This document shows, in pieces, positions 1-13,326 of a DNA stretch of 64,000 nucleotides (position 1 is the stretch's first letter; each line of letters opens with the position of its first letter). Source of the stretch: Batkoa obscura (lineage: Eukaryota); assembly GCA_030770535.1 (NCBI GenBank), contig JASVEC010000002.1:496001-560000 (forward strand). The letters are read 5' to 3'. Position numbers and translations under genes: made by a program. The notes beneath the pieces were generated by a model. It did no database searches. It saw only the letters and a list, made by a program, of their open reading frames with translations, and was not told where the DNA came from.

Positions 1-225
1 TGGGGTACTTATATTATTATTTAAACTCCAAATATTCGTATTTCCCTATTAAAGATTGATCTCTTTTAGTTATATTTCGCTATTCTATGATAGATAAAAT
101 CTTACCTTATTAAAATTGGGGTTCAGTGGGGACCCTTGGTAAGCATCTGATTCATTGTTATTGTTCAAGGCACTGTTAACTCGACGGTAGCGCTTCCGGC
201 TCTCTAAGGAAAACACGCCTTGCAT
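1..225 (-). CDS. 5' end of a hypothetical protein gene (runs off the window)
   Basis: ATG at 225 opens MQGVFSLESRKRYRRV...NFNK. A GTAAG...TAG intron (46-105) is followed by in-frame GNTNIWSLNNNISTP to the window edge. Confidence 0.55.
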
Positions 226-2130
226 TTTTGTGGTTTTTATTTAATAAAAATACAAATGGAGTAGAATTTGAATGAAAGATTTTAAAATTCAAATTAGGAA
301 TTTTTATTGGCTCATAGGAACGATGGAGTTAGATAAGCCAATCAAAGCGAAAGTTGATTTATACTAGGAGTTATGCTTTTTTAGTGGGAATTTACTATAC
401 ATAGCAAATATTATTATTATATTATTAACTATTTAATAAATAAGTTTTATATGAAAAGGATAGATACTTTCTACTAGATTTTAGAGTTTAAGAAAAAAAA
501 CATACTTGGGATTTCAACTATGTACTTCATTAAAGAGCTTGCTTCTCTATTAATAGTTTTGGTTAATGATTAATATTTAAAGTTATTTACCATCTTTTCT
601 ATTTTAATATTTAGCAAAGTGAAAAGATTTTAGAAACATTTTTTAATAAATTCTAATGGTTGTGACTATTAATCATAACTTCTTGATGATGTACAAAAAT
701 TAGTATTTTCAATATTGATAGTTCATATAATTTTAATGATTATGATTAAGCTAAAAATTCAGGGATAAAGTTAAATGGTTTGTTTTTAGTTTTGGGTAAG
801 AACTGGATTTCTAATAATACCTTAAGTTAGACTAAAAAATCTTTATCTTTCTAATAAAATAAACAGCATTGAAGTTTTGGCTTTTACAACTTGTTTTAAA
901 TTTTCTTTTCTGCTTTTAAGTTATGATAGCTATAACTTTACAGTACAAAGCATTTTATGAATTATGACTTCAAGTATCTCTAATACATAAGTCGGATTTT
1001 ACATTCAGAACTATGGTTTGTGTTATAGTTTATTAATATTATAAAGATTCCTATCAAACAAAACAGTTTATAATTGTAATTTGTATTTTTTTCTCCATTT
1101 TTTGTCATCATCTTTATTCAAAAGTAAATTACTCTTTGCAATCTTTCATCAATTTTTAAGAAGTTAGTTTTAAAGCTAATTGTGTTAATAAATGTAAAAG
1201 GATATTAAAAAAGCAAAAGATATAGAAAGGGACTGAAGTGAATTCATATTAAGGCTTTGTAGTTTCGAATAATACAAATTTTGTTTTCTAATTATAGGAA
1301 GATATTAAAAGTTTCATTTTCTTACAGCATAATTAATTTGTTTGAAACTTAATAAAAACAAGAGCCATAAGGACCAAAAATTGCCTCGTTTTGTTGAAGA
1401 TGACATAAAAATTGAATTATTGAAGCAGATTCCGATCATGAGCTTCCACACCCACTCATATAATTTTTTCAGCATAGACAAAAGCTAAAAATAAAAACGA
1501 ATTCAATGTTAAAAACAAACTTCTAAATGAAAAGTTTGATAAAATTTGAAAAGCCAAAGAATTCCAAGCTGGATGAAACTTAAAAATTAACTTAAATTTT
1601 ATTCTTTCTTAATAAGCCCTTTGAATGCTTGTTCAAGAATTAATATTTTACTTTAAAGGATTTATTAAAAGCCTATCTTTGATGTTATGAAAAGATGTAT
1701 TCTCAAGCCGAAGTTTTACTTTATGGACCTTACTTCCTTTAGTGAAATGTTATCTATAATCCTGGTTTTTAGTTAATAAAGTAATATATCCACTTTCATT
1801 TAAAATATTAAGATCTAATGGATAAAACCCGAAAAGTATGTATATTTTACTTTTTGCAACAAAACGGAGGCTTTGTTGTTGATAATATTTTATACTAGCA
1901 TTAGTATATTTAATATGTAGTTTTTTCTACCTTGCTACGATTTTATCCTATTTAATAATAATGACAAACAATTCAAACAAGTACAACGAGACAATGGTTA
2001 ATTAGGAACTGGTGAATCTCTTTATGTATTAAAAGAGGCTTTGTCAAAGTTGAATAATAAGTAGAATAGTAGAAGGGATAAGGGTATATAAACTAAAGAA
2101 AAATATCCATTTAAGATCATCAACAAGAAT

Positions 2131-2174
2131 CAAAACATCAAAACATCAAAACATTAAAACATTAAAACATCAAA
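2131..2174 (+). repeat. 8-bp (C/T)AAAACAT tandem repeat, ~5 units, in the 5' UTR
   Basis: caaaacatcaaaacatcaaaacattaaaacattaaaacatcaaa directly precedes the ATG at 2175. Confidence 0.85.
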
Positions 2175-2510
2175 ATGAAATATTTATTTATCGCTACTTC
2201 TTTATTATCTATTGTCACTGTCAATTCATTGCCAGCTGACACTGTTGCTACTAACACCAATACTGTTGCTCCTGCTGCTAATGGTGATTCGAAATCAGTA
2301 GAAGCTAAAGGATTTGATCCTTATGGTGGCTATGGTGGGTATCCTTACGGTGGATATCCTTACGGAGGTTATCCTAATGGTTACTACAACTACTACCAAC
2401 AGCCTTACCAATATCAAAGAAATCCAAGCATATTAGGATCTATCTTTGGTCAAAACGGATTAGTTAACTCCATTTTAGGTACTAATGGTGGTGTTGGTGG
2501 TATCTTATAA
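2175..2510 (+). CDS. Small secreted Gly/Tyr/Pro-rich prepro-protein, paralog 1
   Basis: Signal peptide MKYLFIATSLLSIVTVNS, pro-region ending KSVEAK, then GGYPY repeats. TATA-like gtatataaa near 2084. Homologous to the ORFs at 4580 and 7094. Confidence 0.85.
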   Translation: MKYLFIATSLLSIVTVNSLPADTVATNTNTVAPAANGDSKSVEAKGFDPYGGYGGYPYGGYPYGGYPNGYYNYYQQPYQYQRNPSILGSIFGQNGLVNSILGTNGGVGGIL

Positions 2511-2869
2511 TAAACTTATTTATTTATAAACTATTTTTGATTTTAATTTTATCAACTTTTATCTTTATGATTTTTACATAACTTTTTCTAATCAATTTTA
2601 ATTAAATCTAATATTTGTAGGCATTTATTATCAAACTTTAAACTTGAAAAGTCATAGTTTGGTATTGGCAGTTTATTTAGTACTGCTATTACATTTAAAA
2701 TGTATGAACTATTTTTTTAAGGATTTAATTGGTGATTTTTAAAAGTTAGAATTTCTCAAAGCAAATAATGTACTAAGATCAAAAAGAGGCTATCAGGTAT
2801 TAATTTCTGGTCACACAAAACGTAGTTAGGACTACTTTTTGAACTACAACTGCTTTCAAATGACTGCTT

Positions 2870-2969
2870 GGACGTGTTTTTTTTGGCTTCATTGCCTTTT
2901 CTATCTTTTAAGCGCTATTTGAGCAGAAAATTTGGTAGCAAAATTCTTAAACACAAAAATACATCCCCC
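2870..2969 (-). mobile_element. ~100-bp MITE copy
   Basis: Reverse match to the family consensus, ending acatccccc. Confidence 0.85.
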
Positions 2970-3224
2970 ACTTTCTATCTCATTAGATAAAAACTTTATA
3001 CAAACTTAAAAAGGTAGCGATTTCAAGCGATTCATTAACAAAACACGTTCAGAATGGAAACATTTATAGAGCAGAGCGAAAAGACAAAAAAGTAATTCAC
3101 TACCGTTTTTTATTTACTTCCTTTCTAGCTACAAGTTTGAAAGATTCGTTTTTACAAGCTATCCTTAGTCCAATTTAAGAGAGAATAAGGTGCTCCTGAA
3201 AACTTAGTATATAATCTAAAATAT

Positions 3225-3325
3225 GGAGATGCACTTTTTTGTTTGAGAATTTTACTGATAGCTTTTTCATTCAAATAGCGCTTAAAAGATGGAAAAGGTG
3301 ATGATGATAAAAAAAGCATACTCTT
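3225..3325 (+). mobile_element. ~100-bp MITE copy (diverged)
   Basis: ggagatg...caaatagcgcttaa...; ATAT on both flanks. Confidence 0.8.
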
Positions 3326-4036
3326 ATATTGTTTTGAATGTCATTTATTACTAAAATTATTGTAAGTAATCCTTCATATGAAGATTCTTTAAAAAGCATA
3401 ATTAAATAGCTTTCATTATATACTGAATGTTTGATTTGAGATTTCAGATAATAACATTTATTATGATTTATGAAATAAAGAATATTGATAGCTCTGAAAA
3501 ACAAAAACCCAAGCGCTGACTGAAATTTCTATTGATAAAAGAATTTAAAACTTCTTACAATATAATATAAAATTGGGACTTAAATTCATTTTTGAAAGTT
3601 AGTTCAATAAATGTAAATTTATTAAAAAAGGAAAGCTATGAATAAAAATAAAAGCTAGTTAGTTAAGTTTAAATATAAAAAAATGAGAATTGCTATTAAT
3701 TACTAATTTTAGGGATTATTAAAACAAAGACGTTGTACTATTTACTCTGATATTTAATTTTATTAACAAGGTTAATACCAGGTTTTGAAACCCTCATATT
3801 GGGAGTTTAATGCTGGAATTTGGGTGGGGCTCTCAACAGCCAAATCGCTGCACTAGTTCAAAGTGTTATTTAGATTCTTTTAAAACGACTCAAATGTAAA
3901 TTTGGTAATTAGGAATGTACTTATACTATTTGATATAGCGTAAACAGTCTTATTTGAATTATTTGTTCCTAATTTAATTGTATTTTTGATTAATGTATTT
4001 AAGCATCTACTTAATAAGATGTTACAACTAACATAT

Positions 4037-4127
4037 AGGGATGTATTTTTGTTAATTTTACTAACAATTTTTCCGCTCAAATAGTGCTTAAAAATGGAAA
4101 AAGTAATGAAATCAAAAAAACATTCCC
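4037..4127 (+). mobile_element. ~100-bp MITE copy
   Basis: agggatgtattttt...cattccc, with a small internal deletion. Confidence 0.85.
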
Positions 4128-4579
4128 ACTCGTCACTGAAATCTAGATTTCAAACAATAATTGCTTTCCAATCAAGCAATTATTTTGAAATCCAACATTT
4201 AAATAAAAAATAATATACTTACTTATAATAATGATATAGTGATATAATAATATTAGTAATATTTATCAATAATTAATTTCAAATATTCATTCATTTAAAA
4301 GTAAAGAGGCTTTATTACAGTATAATTTTATTAATAGGTATTAAACATTCTTTTATCATCCAAATGCACTCTAACTTACTACTCTACTTTATTTTTGTAA
4401 TAAGAATAATGAATAGTTTGAATAAACATAAAGAACGAACAACTGTTTAACAATGAATTTATTCTTTGTAGTATTTAAATAGTTATTATTATTAAACAGC
4501 AAGTGATAATAACAGCATAGTGAATGGGTATATATAGACTCATTGAAAACGGCATCAATATAAACAATAAGAATTAAAA

Positions 4580-4906
4580 ATGAAATATTTATTCATTGCT
4601 ACCTCCTTATTATCTGCTATCACTGTTAAGTCCATGCCTGCTGATACTGCTATCCTTGATAGAAATCAGCTAGCTGCTCCTAACACCAATCAATTGGCTG
4701 CTCCTAACAACAGCCAATTCGCTGCTCCTGAAGGTGATCAGTCGGTTGCTCCTAATAGTAATGAGTCAGCCACTGCAGCTATTGGTGATTCAAAATCTGT
4801 AGACGCCAAACATTACTACCCTTATTATCCTTATTATCCTTATCCTTATAATAGTTACTATCCATACTATTATTATAAATACTATCAATACCCAACTTAT
4901 TATTGA
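4580..4906 (+). CDS. Small secreted Tyr-rich prepro-protein, paralog 2
   Basis: Signal peptide, 8-aa NQLAAP repeats, KSVDAK, then a 31-aa tail with 19 Tyr. TATA near 4529. Confidence 0.85.
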   Translation: MKYLFIATSLLSAITVKSMPADTAILDRNQLAAPNTNQLAAPNNSQFAAPEGDQSVAPNSNESATAAIGDSKSVDAKHYYPYYPYYPYPYNSYYPYYYYKYYQYPTYY

Positions 4907-5097
4907 CATTAGCAAGCTTACATTTTTTTAGACTTGATTTTTAACTAAGATAGGATTGCACATTCAATTCTAGTTATCAATGAGTATTGTATAATAAACA
5001 TCATTTAACTTTGATTATTTTTAATTTCATTCTTTATTTTGTTTTTATATAAATGAATCTTTAAATCTGCTAAAACTTTTAAAGTTTACTTAAATAT

Positions 5098-5194
5098 GGG
5101 GATGTATTTTTGTTTTTAAGAATTTCACTAACAAATTTTCCGCTCAAATAGTGCTTAAAAAATGGAAAAAATAGAAATAAAAAAAAACACTCCC
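5098..5194 (+). mobile_element. ~100-bp MITE copy
   Basis: ggggatgt...cactccc; ATAT/ATAT TSD. Confidence 0.9.
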
Positions 5195-7093
5195 ATATAC
5201 TGAAGTTCTCAAAAAACTTAATTTTCATGAACATAATATTCACTACGTTTATAAACGAAAGGTTAGATCTTCGATAGCCTCATAGTCCTCTGAGTTTATA
5301 TAGAGTGGCAGAATGCCATACTAAATCGATTCATTTTTAGTGCTATGAAATATTTATAATAGTACATAGGGATTATCTACAATAAAAAAATAAATGATTC
5401 TGATAATATAAATGAAGAATAGCAGCATGAAGCGCCCAAGATGACTAAGTTGGGCACAGGGGAAGGTACAACTTATGAAGTCAATAATCCAGTTTTTCTT
5501 CGTAAAAATTGAAGATATTATTCACTAAACACTAACTTAAGAAAAAGAGGTGATAAAGTAATTTTTTTCATAATAATATCCTACATTGGAATTCCTGTTT
5601 TAAAAGTTTACTATACATGAAAAAATATATTATTAATGCTATTATACGTTGAATTTCTTAGCAATTAGGAGGGACTTGGGAGAATAGCCTCCCATATATG
5701 CCACTTTTATTAACATTCTTGTATATTTAGCTATATAACATCTTCCAGCCTGATAAAACTTGGCGTTCTCCAAAGAATCATCCTCAATTTTTGAATACCG
5801 AGTGATTCATTATAAAAAAATTTAAGTGTATCAATAAAAAATAATTTTGAGAGTAGAAATTGTAGAATTTGTCTATAAGTTAAACAAATATATTTGATTA
5901 TCAATATAATTATTTATATAAAATAATAACTAAAAATGACAAGAATATATAAATAAATTTAAAAATAGACTTATTGAATAAAAGTTTTAAAAATACAACG
6001 TAAGATTAATTTTATCAATGAAAAATCGGTACTATTTCTAAAAAACATTTCAGATGATAATTCGCTCTTTAAGAAAATACAAAATTATAGCTAATATCCT
6101 TTATCACGTAAATAATATTTTAAGTTTGAGACTCCTATTCTAGTTTTACCTCAACTCTATAGCTCTTCTCTTGCATAAATAAAATACATGGATGGTTTGC
6201 ACCTTTGAAATTTAAAAAAAATTAAGACTCATTTAAAAATTGAATTAAATTTTATAAATCAAATCCGGATATTTGCAAAAATGGAAACTATTTGGAAAGA
6301 TAAATATTTTTGTTAGAAATGCAATAAATTAGCTTAAATTTTATTCTTTTTTAAAACGACATGGCTTTTGAAAACTTTAGAATAAATTAAAATTTCTTCT
6401 ACAAAGCAATATTGAAAAGCCTTCTTTTTAATGGGTCAGCTATTTCTAATACAAGAAAATCCGAAAAATATCTCTTTACTTATCCAGATGTTAGCTCACT
6501 CAAACTTCAAACGATAAAAAGCAATGCTCAATTTCATGAAGGAAAAAATAGCAAAAGTACAAAGCTGGAATTGAAGTTAAGTTTGAAAATTAACTTAATA
6601 AGCTTTTATATATTTGCTCTAAATGCATTTGTTAGCTTATGACCTATATATTATACCTCAATACAAAACTGTCGCTGCCCATTAATTTAACTCAACTTAC
6701 ATAAATAGCATTAATAGTTGCTTTATTTAGTAAAAGGATTTCCAAAATATTCAAACTTATATTATAAAGTAACATGCTCATCTGTAATATAAAACGATAT
6801 TATGGTATCGCTAAATCTGGGCTATTAAAAGTGAACATACATTTTTAGTGTTGTCGAACAGAGGCTTAATCATTGATAGAATACTATGAACTAGCATCAA
6901 TGTAATCATCTAATTATTAACTTATTATATAATTCTCTTTTTTTGATAATATTGTTAATTAGTTTGAATAAACATAGAGGGGACAATTATTTGATTCAGC
7001 TGGCCTTTGAATGTTATTATAGAGGCTTGTTGTTAATAATTTAATAAAAGACATGTATATAAGCTTAAATATCAAATCGATACAAAATAAAAA

Positions 7094-7354
7094 ATGAAAC
7101 ATTTATTCATCGATAGCTCTTTATTATTCATCTTCACTGTTAATTCATTCCCTGCTGATACCGCCACTCCGAATAAGAATGAGTCAGGTGCTGCTGATAC
7201 TGGTAGCTCGAGTTCTGTAGAAGGTAAATTATTTTATCCTTATGGTCCTTACCTTTATGGTGGATACCCTAACAATTATTACTATAATTTTTATCAACAA
7301 CCCTACTATTACCAATATCAAAACCCAAGCTTATTAGGCTCTATTTTCGGTTGA
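7094..7354 (+). CDS. Small secreted Tyr/Gly-rich prepro-protein, paralog 3
   Basis: Homologous signal peptide (with an Asp in the h-region), SSVEGK, and YQQPY and NPSLLGSIFG shared with paralog 1. Stops earlier than paralog 1. Confidence 0.75.
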   Translation: MKHLFIDSSLLFIFTVNSFPADTATPNKNESGAADTGSSSSVEGKLFYPYGPYLYGGYPNNYYYNFYQQPYYYQYQNPSLLGSIFG

Positions 7355-7597
7355 AGAAATAAGTTTGATTTAATTTCATATAACCATGGTGATGTTTTTT
7401 AATAAATTTAGATTATTTTTTATATCATGTTACATTTTATTATAGATTTTTACATTGCTATAATTTATATTATTGCATATTACTCCTATCATTAGAAATT
7501 AAAAAATTGTTTGGGAATAATTCATTATTTTTGATTGGAATAAAAAAAAGAAGTTTAAATTGATTGCGATTTTTTAGATATTTTTACATAACAAAAA

Positions 7598-8675
7598 ATG
7601 GGAGAAAAAGAAAGTAGAAGGAGAGAGGATAATAGTCGAAGTACAAGAAGAAGATCAAGAAGTAGATCGAATGAGCGAGAATATACTAGACAAAGTAAAG
7701 CTTTTTAAAATGAGACTTCTATGATATAAAACATATATAGGGAGACGATCAAATAGCAGAAGTGGAGAAAGAAATAGTAGAGACAGGCAAAATGTTAATC
7801 ATGGTAATTTTTTGCTCATTATCAGATATCTTAAGGTTATATAAACAACTATAGATAGGTATGAAAGAGTAAGAGACGAGAAAGAGATAGAAAGAAGAGG
7901 CAGAAATGAACGAACTGAAAGAGACGAAAGAAGAGGAAGAGGTGAAGGAGAAAGATTGCGAATAAACAATAACGTAGATAATGACATCGATGATAAAGGA
8001 GATCAAAATGGTAAAGTAGTTAATAAATTAATAAAATTTGTGTGTAATAAATGAATAGAAAAGGAGAAGGAAAAGGAGAAAGTGAATTTTGGACTATCAG
8101 GTTTATTGACAAAAGAGACCAATACCTTCCGAGGGGTTGTAATTAAATACAATGAGCCCCCAGATGCCATTCAGCCTAAGAACAAGTATCGCTGGTATGT
8201 TTATAAGGGTGATAAAGAAATCGGTAAGTACATTTTAATATTTATTTACAACTATTTATTTTAAAGATATGCTTCCACTTCATCGACAATCCGCATATTT
8301 GATTGGTAGAGATAGAAAAGTAAAATAATAATAATAAATATACTTAATAGTGTTAACAATATTAGGTAGCAGATATACCGTTAGATCACGAATCAATATC
8401 CAAGCAGCATGCCGTACTCCAATATCGTAAAGTAAAAGGAGTTGACCCAAATACTAACAAAAGTCAATCAATGATTAAGTAAATTTAGTTGTTAATAAAT
8501 GAGGTATACTAATATTGTTAGGCCATATATCATTGATTTAGATTCAGCTAATGGCACCTTCGTAAATGATATTCAAATACCAGCTACACGCTATTTTGAG
8601 CTTAAATCTAAGGATATTATTAAGTTTGGTGGTTCTACTAGAGATTATGTCTTTATTCAAGATGAATCTGAGTAA
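7598..8675 (+). CDS. SNIP1: SNIP1/Pml1-like FHA-domain splicing factor (multi-exon)
   Basis: Arg/Ser/Glu-rich N-terminus, then NFGLSGLL...KYNEPPDA, LHRQSAYLIGRDRKVADIPLDHESISKQHAVLQYR, YIIDLDSANGTFVN and KFGGSTRDY across short introns. Confidence 0.9.
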
Positions 8676-9997
8676 AACTACTTTGAGTCACAAAGTTCGA
8701 TTTAAATAAATTGTCTGCGGTATAGATTTACTGTTAGAAATTTGGATATCAATATGACATTATTTCAAAAAGTATCTATTGCTATTGTCATTTTATTGCT
8801 CTAATTTGTAGCCCTTTTTTTATCTCTATAAAATCACTATTACTACTATAAAAACCTATGACATTTTACTGCCTCTCTGTTCCGGATGAGAACATCTGAT
8901 TACCCTTTTGAATCAATCAAAAACCGCCTAATTTGAAAAAATGATTTAACTTCAATGAAGTTTTTGTATTCAAGTCAATATCTACAAAAAAGACCATAGC
9001 GTATAGCTATTCAAACTGGTAAACAAATAAAAATACTTTGTTTTTTTATTTGCACCTTTTTGAAAAATATTTAATCTATCAAGATTGAACATTCGTAAAG
9101 CAAACTAACAAAATGACTAAATTTATAGCATTCTATTTAAGTTTTCGTAAGTTTTTTGCCTGCAATCGCCAACTGCTGAAGTATACATTTTTCAAAATGA
9201 TGTAAAACAACCTTTACATAATCTTTCTAGTTATTTTAATGAGCAAATTCTTTTAAAAACTAAATCAATTTTTAATTTGGATGGGTTATTGATTGACTGA
9301 AAAAGCTAATTGGATGTTCTTATCTGGACAGAAAGGAGGAGAGTGATTTGAACAGACTAGCTTTACAATAACTTATTTAAAAGCACTATAATAAACACGG
9401 TTTATAATTTGATATTAATTTATTAATTTTGGTATTTTTCACATTGTTATTATACACCTCCTATGTTTTATAGATATGGGTGTTGGTAGTTTTAAAGTAG
9501 ATTGTAAAATAACTTATGACGTTGGTAAGCATTGTTATAAAATACTAAGATTTTATAAATTTAGTTTAAAAAATAGTTTTAAGTTAAGACTAAGTCAAAC
9601 CAGGATTTAAGCTTATTTCAAACAAAATAAACCCTCTGGTTATTTGGAGGAAATATTGATCAAAATCAAGTTAGTTTAATAACTTTTAATAAAGTTAAGA
9701 ATAAACAATTAAACTTAAATTATTAAATTTCCGATTTTATAAACTATAAGTCTAATATTACATTAATGATTTATTTTAAATCAAAGGGAATAAAATCCGT
9801 AGGTTTCAAAACCTAGGTTTTAGTTGACGTTTGATTACAGCTTAATTAAATGTTATTATATTCTTTGGTGTGAAATTCCACACTTAATCACAATTTGATC
9901 ATCTTCCACACCAAACGTTAAATATAGAGGGAATTAGTAACACTATATAAATAAAATATAAAGTCCCAAAATTACTTTTTTATAATAAAGGTTAAAC

Positions 9998-12133
9998 ATG
10001 GAATTCAAATATATTTACGAAGCAGTTCCTAGCGAAAAAGAAGGTGAAACTGGTGTATTTCGTTCCAATTTTTGTAAAAAGAATGGAGGGGATCTCATTA
10101 CTTTGGCAAGTAAAAATCGAGCTACTACATTATATGAGGTGCTACAAAACTCCATCCAAAAATATCAAAATAAGAACAGTTTAGGGTATAGAGAAATTTT
10201 GGATATTATTGAAGAAAACAAAGAATTAGAGCGTAAAGTAGATGGCAAAGTTGAAAAATATAGCAAAACATGGAAATTTTATAAGTTATCAGAATATAAA
10301 TGGATTACTTTTAATCAATTAGGCTCCAAATTGACTAACTTAAGCTCAGGCTTACATTCCTTGGGCTTAAAACCAAACGATAAAGTTTCTTTTTATGCTC
10401 CTTCTTCCCATTCCTGGTTTATGCTGTCCTATGGTAAGGATTGTTTTAAATATTTTAAATATTAACTTAAATACCTGAATCTTTTAGCTTGTTTCTACTT
10501 GAACTTAACGGTAGCTACAGTATATGATACGTTGGGAGCCGAAGGGCTACTACATGGAATTAATGAGTGTGAAAGCAATACATTATTCATCTCATCGGAG
10601 CAGCTTCCAATATTAAAGAAAGTATACAAAGAAGCAAATGCATTAAAAAATGTCATTTATGTTGGTGAACTCAAAGACAAAGATAAGAAAGAATTCTCTG
10701 ATTTAAATTTCTGTAGTTTAGAAGAATTAGAAGCTATTGGAAAAGACAAAAAGGTGGAACCTAATCCACCTTCTCCTGATGATGTTGCAGTAGTTATGTA
10801 CACTTCAGGTTCCACTGGAAACCCTAAAGGTGTACTTTTAAAACATAAAAATTTGGTTTCACATCGTAGGTCTTTATTCAACTTGTAATGATTAACAAAA
10901 TTTATACTTTTTATAGTTGCAGGAATCGAAAAGCTTGCTAAGGATATTATAAGACCAGATGATAGAGTGATAAGTTTTCTCCCATTAGCACATATCCTCG
11001 CATACTTACTCACTTCCTTTTGTGTTAATGATGGTTTAGAAGTTGGGTTTGCATCTCCACGTACACTTATGGATCAATCAGTAAGAGAATGTAGAGGTGA
11101 TATCTACGAGCTTAAACCCACAGTACTACCTGGAGTACCACAAGTATTTGACAGTATTAGAAAGGGGATATTAAACAAAGTAAACTCATCCGGAAACCTA
11201 ATGAAAAATGTTTTTACCTATTCATTGGGACTTAAAGGGATTTGTCGCAGTTGGGGAATACCATCTTGGTGGATTGATGAGCTTATATTCAAAAGTATAC
11301 GAGAAGCAGTTGGTGGTAGGTTAAGGGTTTCATTATGTGGTGGTGCACCACTATCAGATGAAATGAGACTGTTTTTCCATGATGCCATATGTGAGGCCTT
11401 TCAAGGTTACGGTATGACTGAAGTTAGTGGACTAGCATCTATTGTATCTCCAGAAGATAATGTTGGAAGCACTGTTGGGCAAATCAACCCAGCTATTGAA
11501 TTCAAATTAGTAGATGTACCAGAGGGAGGCTACTATGCTTCTGATTTGAAGGGTGAAATTTGGATGCGTGGACCATGTGTTACAGAAGGATATTTTAAGA
11601 ATGAAAAAGTAACTAAAGAAACCATTACTTCAGATGGCTGGCTTTTAAGTGGAGACATTGGATCTATTAATGACCTTGGTCAGCTTTCAATTATTGATCG
11701 TAAGAAAAACTTAGTAAAATTAGCAAACGGGGAATACATCGCACTCGAAAAATTAGAATCCAAGTATCGTAATTCTATTTATGTGCAGAACATTTGTGTT
11801 TGTGCCGATTCGCATCACAATAAACCAGTTGCGCTAATACAAGCTAATCTGGCAGCCGTTAAACACCATTTGAGTCAGGTAGGGAAAGGCTCAATCAATG
11901 ACTTAGAAGATATCTCTGATAATAAAGATATTATTAAAGAAATATATAATTCATGTATTGAAGAAGGTAAAAACGCTGGATTGAGTGGTGCGGAGCTTTT
12001 GTCAGGGATTTGCCTTTCATCAAGTGAATGGACAGTTGAAAATGGGTTTTTAACTGGTGCCCAAAAGATAAAAAGAAGAGCCCTCCAAGATGAATACAAG
12101 GATCAGCTAAACAAACTCTACCAAAGTCAATAA
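9998..12133 (+). CDS. Long-chain fatty acyl-CoA synthetase (Faa1/Lcf1-like), 2 introns
   Basis: AMP-binding [18 protein letters not shown] and GDIG...[11 protein letters not shown] motifs. Introns at about 10435-10487 and 10868-10916. Confidence 0.95.
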
Positions 12134-12580
12134 TTTAATCTACTACTTTTATCAAATATACAATAAATATATCGTAAATTATTTTTATGAGATGAAACAT
12201 TTAACAATAGATTTATTATCAAATTAATTTTATTATGTGGAGACGTTTTTTTATCAACTGTCCTTTTACTATTTTGAATTTACAAATTAATCAATCACTA
12301 CATATACAAGCTTGAATTTATACTAGTTAACCATTCATTTTAAAAAATTAACAAATCTCAAAGCAGCATGATAGAACAAATAGTTATAAAATCTATCATT
12401 TGTCAATGCACATTCGAACTTAAACAGCTGCATTAGTTGATTAATTTTAAATCTTAAAAAATAGCAAAGCGCAACAAAGCGCAACAAAGTAAAACTATTA
12501 TCATATTATTATATTATATAAAAAATTCTGATGTTGAATTCGTATTTAATATTCCAAAAACATTAATAAAATTAGGATTT

Positions 12581-12650
12581 GGGGATATTCGTTTTGGTTT
12601 CATTATCTTTTCCATTTTTTAAGCGCTATTTGAACAGAGATTGTTAGTAA
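12581..12650 (-). mobile_element. Partial MITE copy
   Basis: ggggatattc...aagcgctatttgaa...ttagtaaaa; one end is missing. Confidence 0.7.
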
Positions 12651-13229
12651 AAACATTTACAATTTTAATGGATTTTTGAAAATCCTTAAGTCAAAACTGT
12701 TAAAATCAGAACCAGAACTTTTTGAACTGATTTTAATTTAAACTACAAACTTTATAATTGTTTTTTACTTATTTTTTATACAATTTTATGTTATGAAATA
12801 TAATTAGCTAGATATTACAGTAAAAAAACATTTAAAAAAAGGTAATATTATAAAACATTGCTTTATAAGCTTTGTAATTGATTATGATGTAATATCCACT
12901 TAGATTGTTTATAAAATTAATTATAGCTTCAGAATTAACTTAACTGTAATTTATATAGTAAATTCAATCAATTTCAAGTGATTTTGCCACTAAAAGTTAT
13001 TATGTTTTTGAATTTAGATATAATCAATTTAAAGTTTTTATTTAAACTTGCTATGAAAATTTTTACCACTTGACTACAAAAAATAGTATATTTTGACATC
13101 TATATTTGACAACTATAATAAAAAACAGCTATTACTATATTCCTTATATATAGTCACTTAATTAAAATATAAAGAAGCTTTTTAATATAATAATTTGAGG
13201 CTTTTTTATTAAATTATTCCTTAATATAT

Positions 13230-13326
13230 GGGGATGTATTTTTGTGTTTAATAATTTTACTAACAATTTTTCCACTTAAATAGTGCTTAAAAGATGGAAA
13301 AAGTAATAAAATCAAAAAACATCGCC
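13230..13326 (+). mobile_element. ~100-bp MITE copy
   Basis: Full-length; ATAT/ATAT TSD. Confidence 0.9.

Noticed and set aside
3770..3865. Small GC-richer island
   Set aside because: No ORF, convincing fold or second copy is visible, so it cannot be assigned.
3271..4080. Short minus-strand ORFs 3271-3504 and 3880-4080
   Set aside because: They overlap MITE copies, have non-ATG starts and show no coding features.
6412..6642. 76-aa ORF upstream of paralog 3
   Set aside because: TTG start, and it lies in sequence resembling the non-coding upstream region of paralog 1.
7749..8006. Ser/Phe-rich minus-strand ORFs
   Set aside because: Antisense shadows of the purine-rich exon of the SNIP1-like gene.
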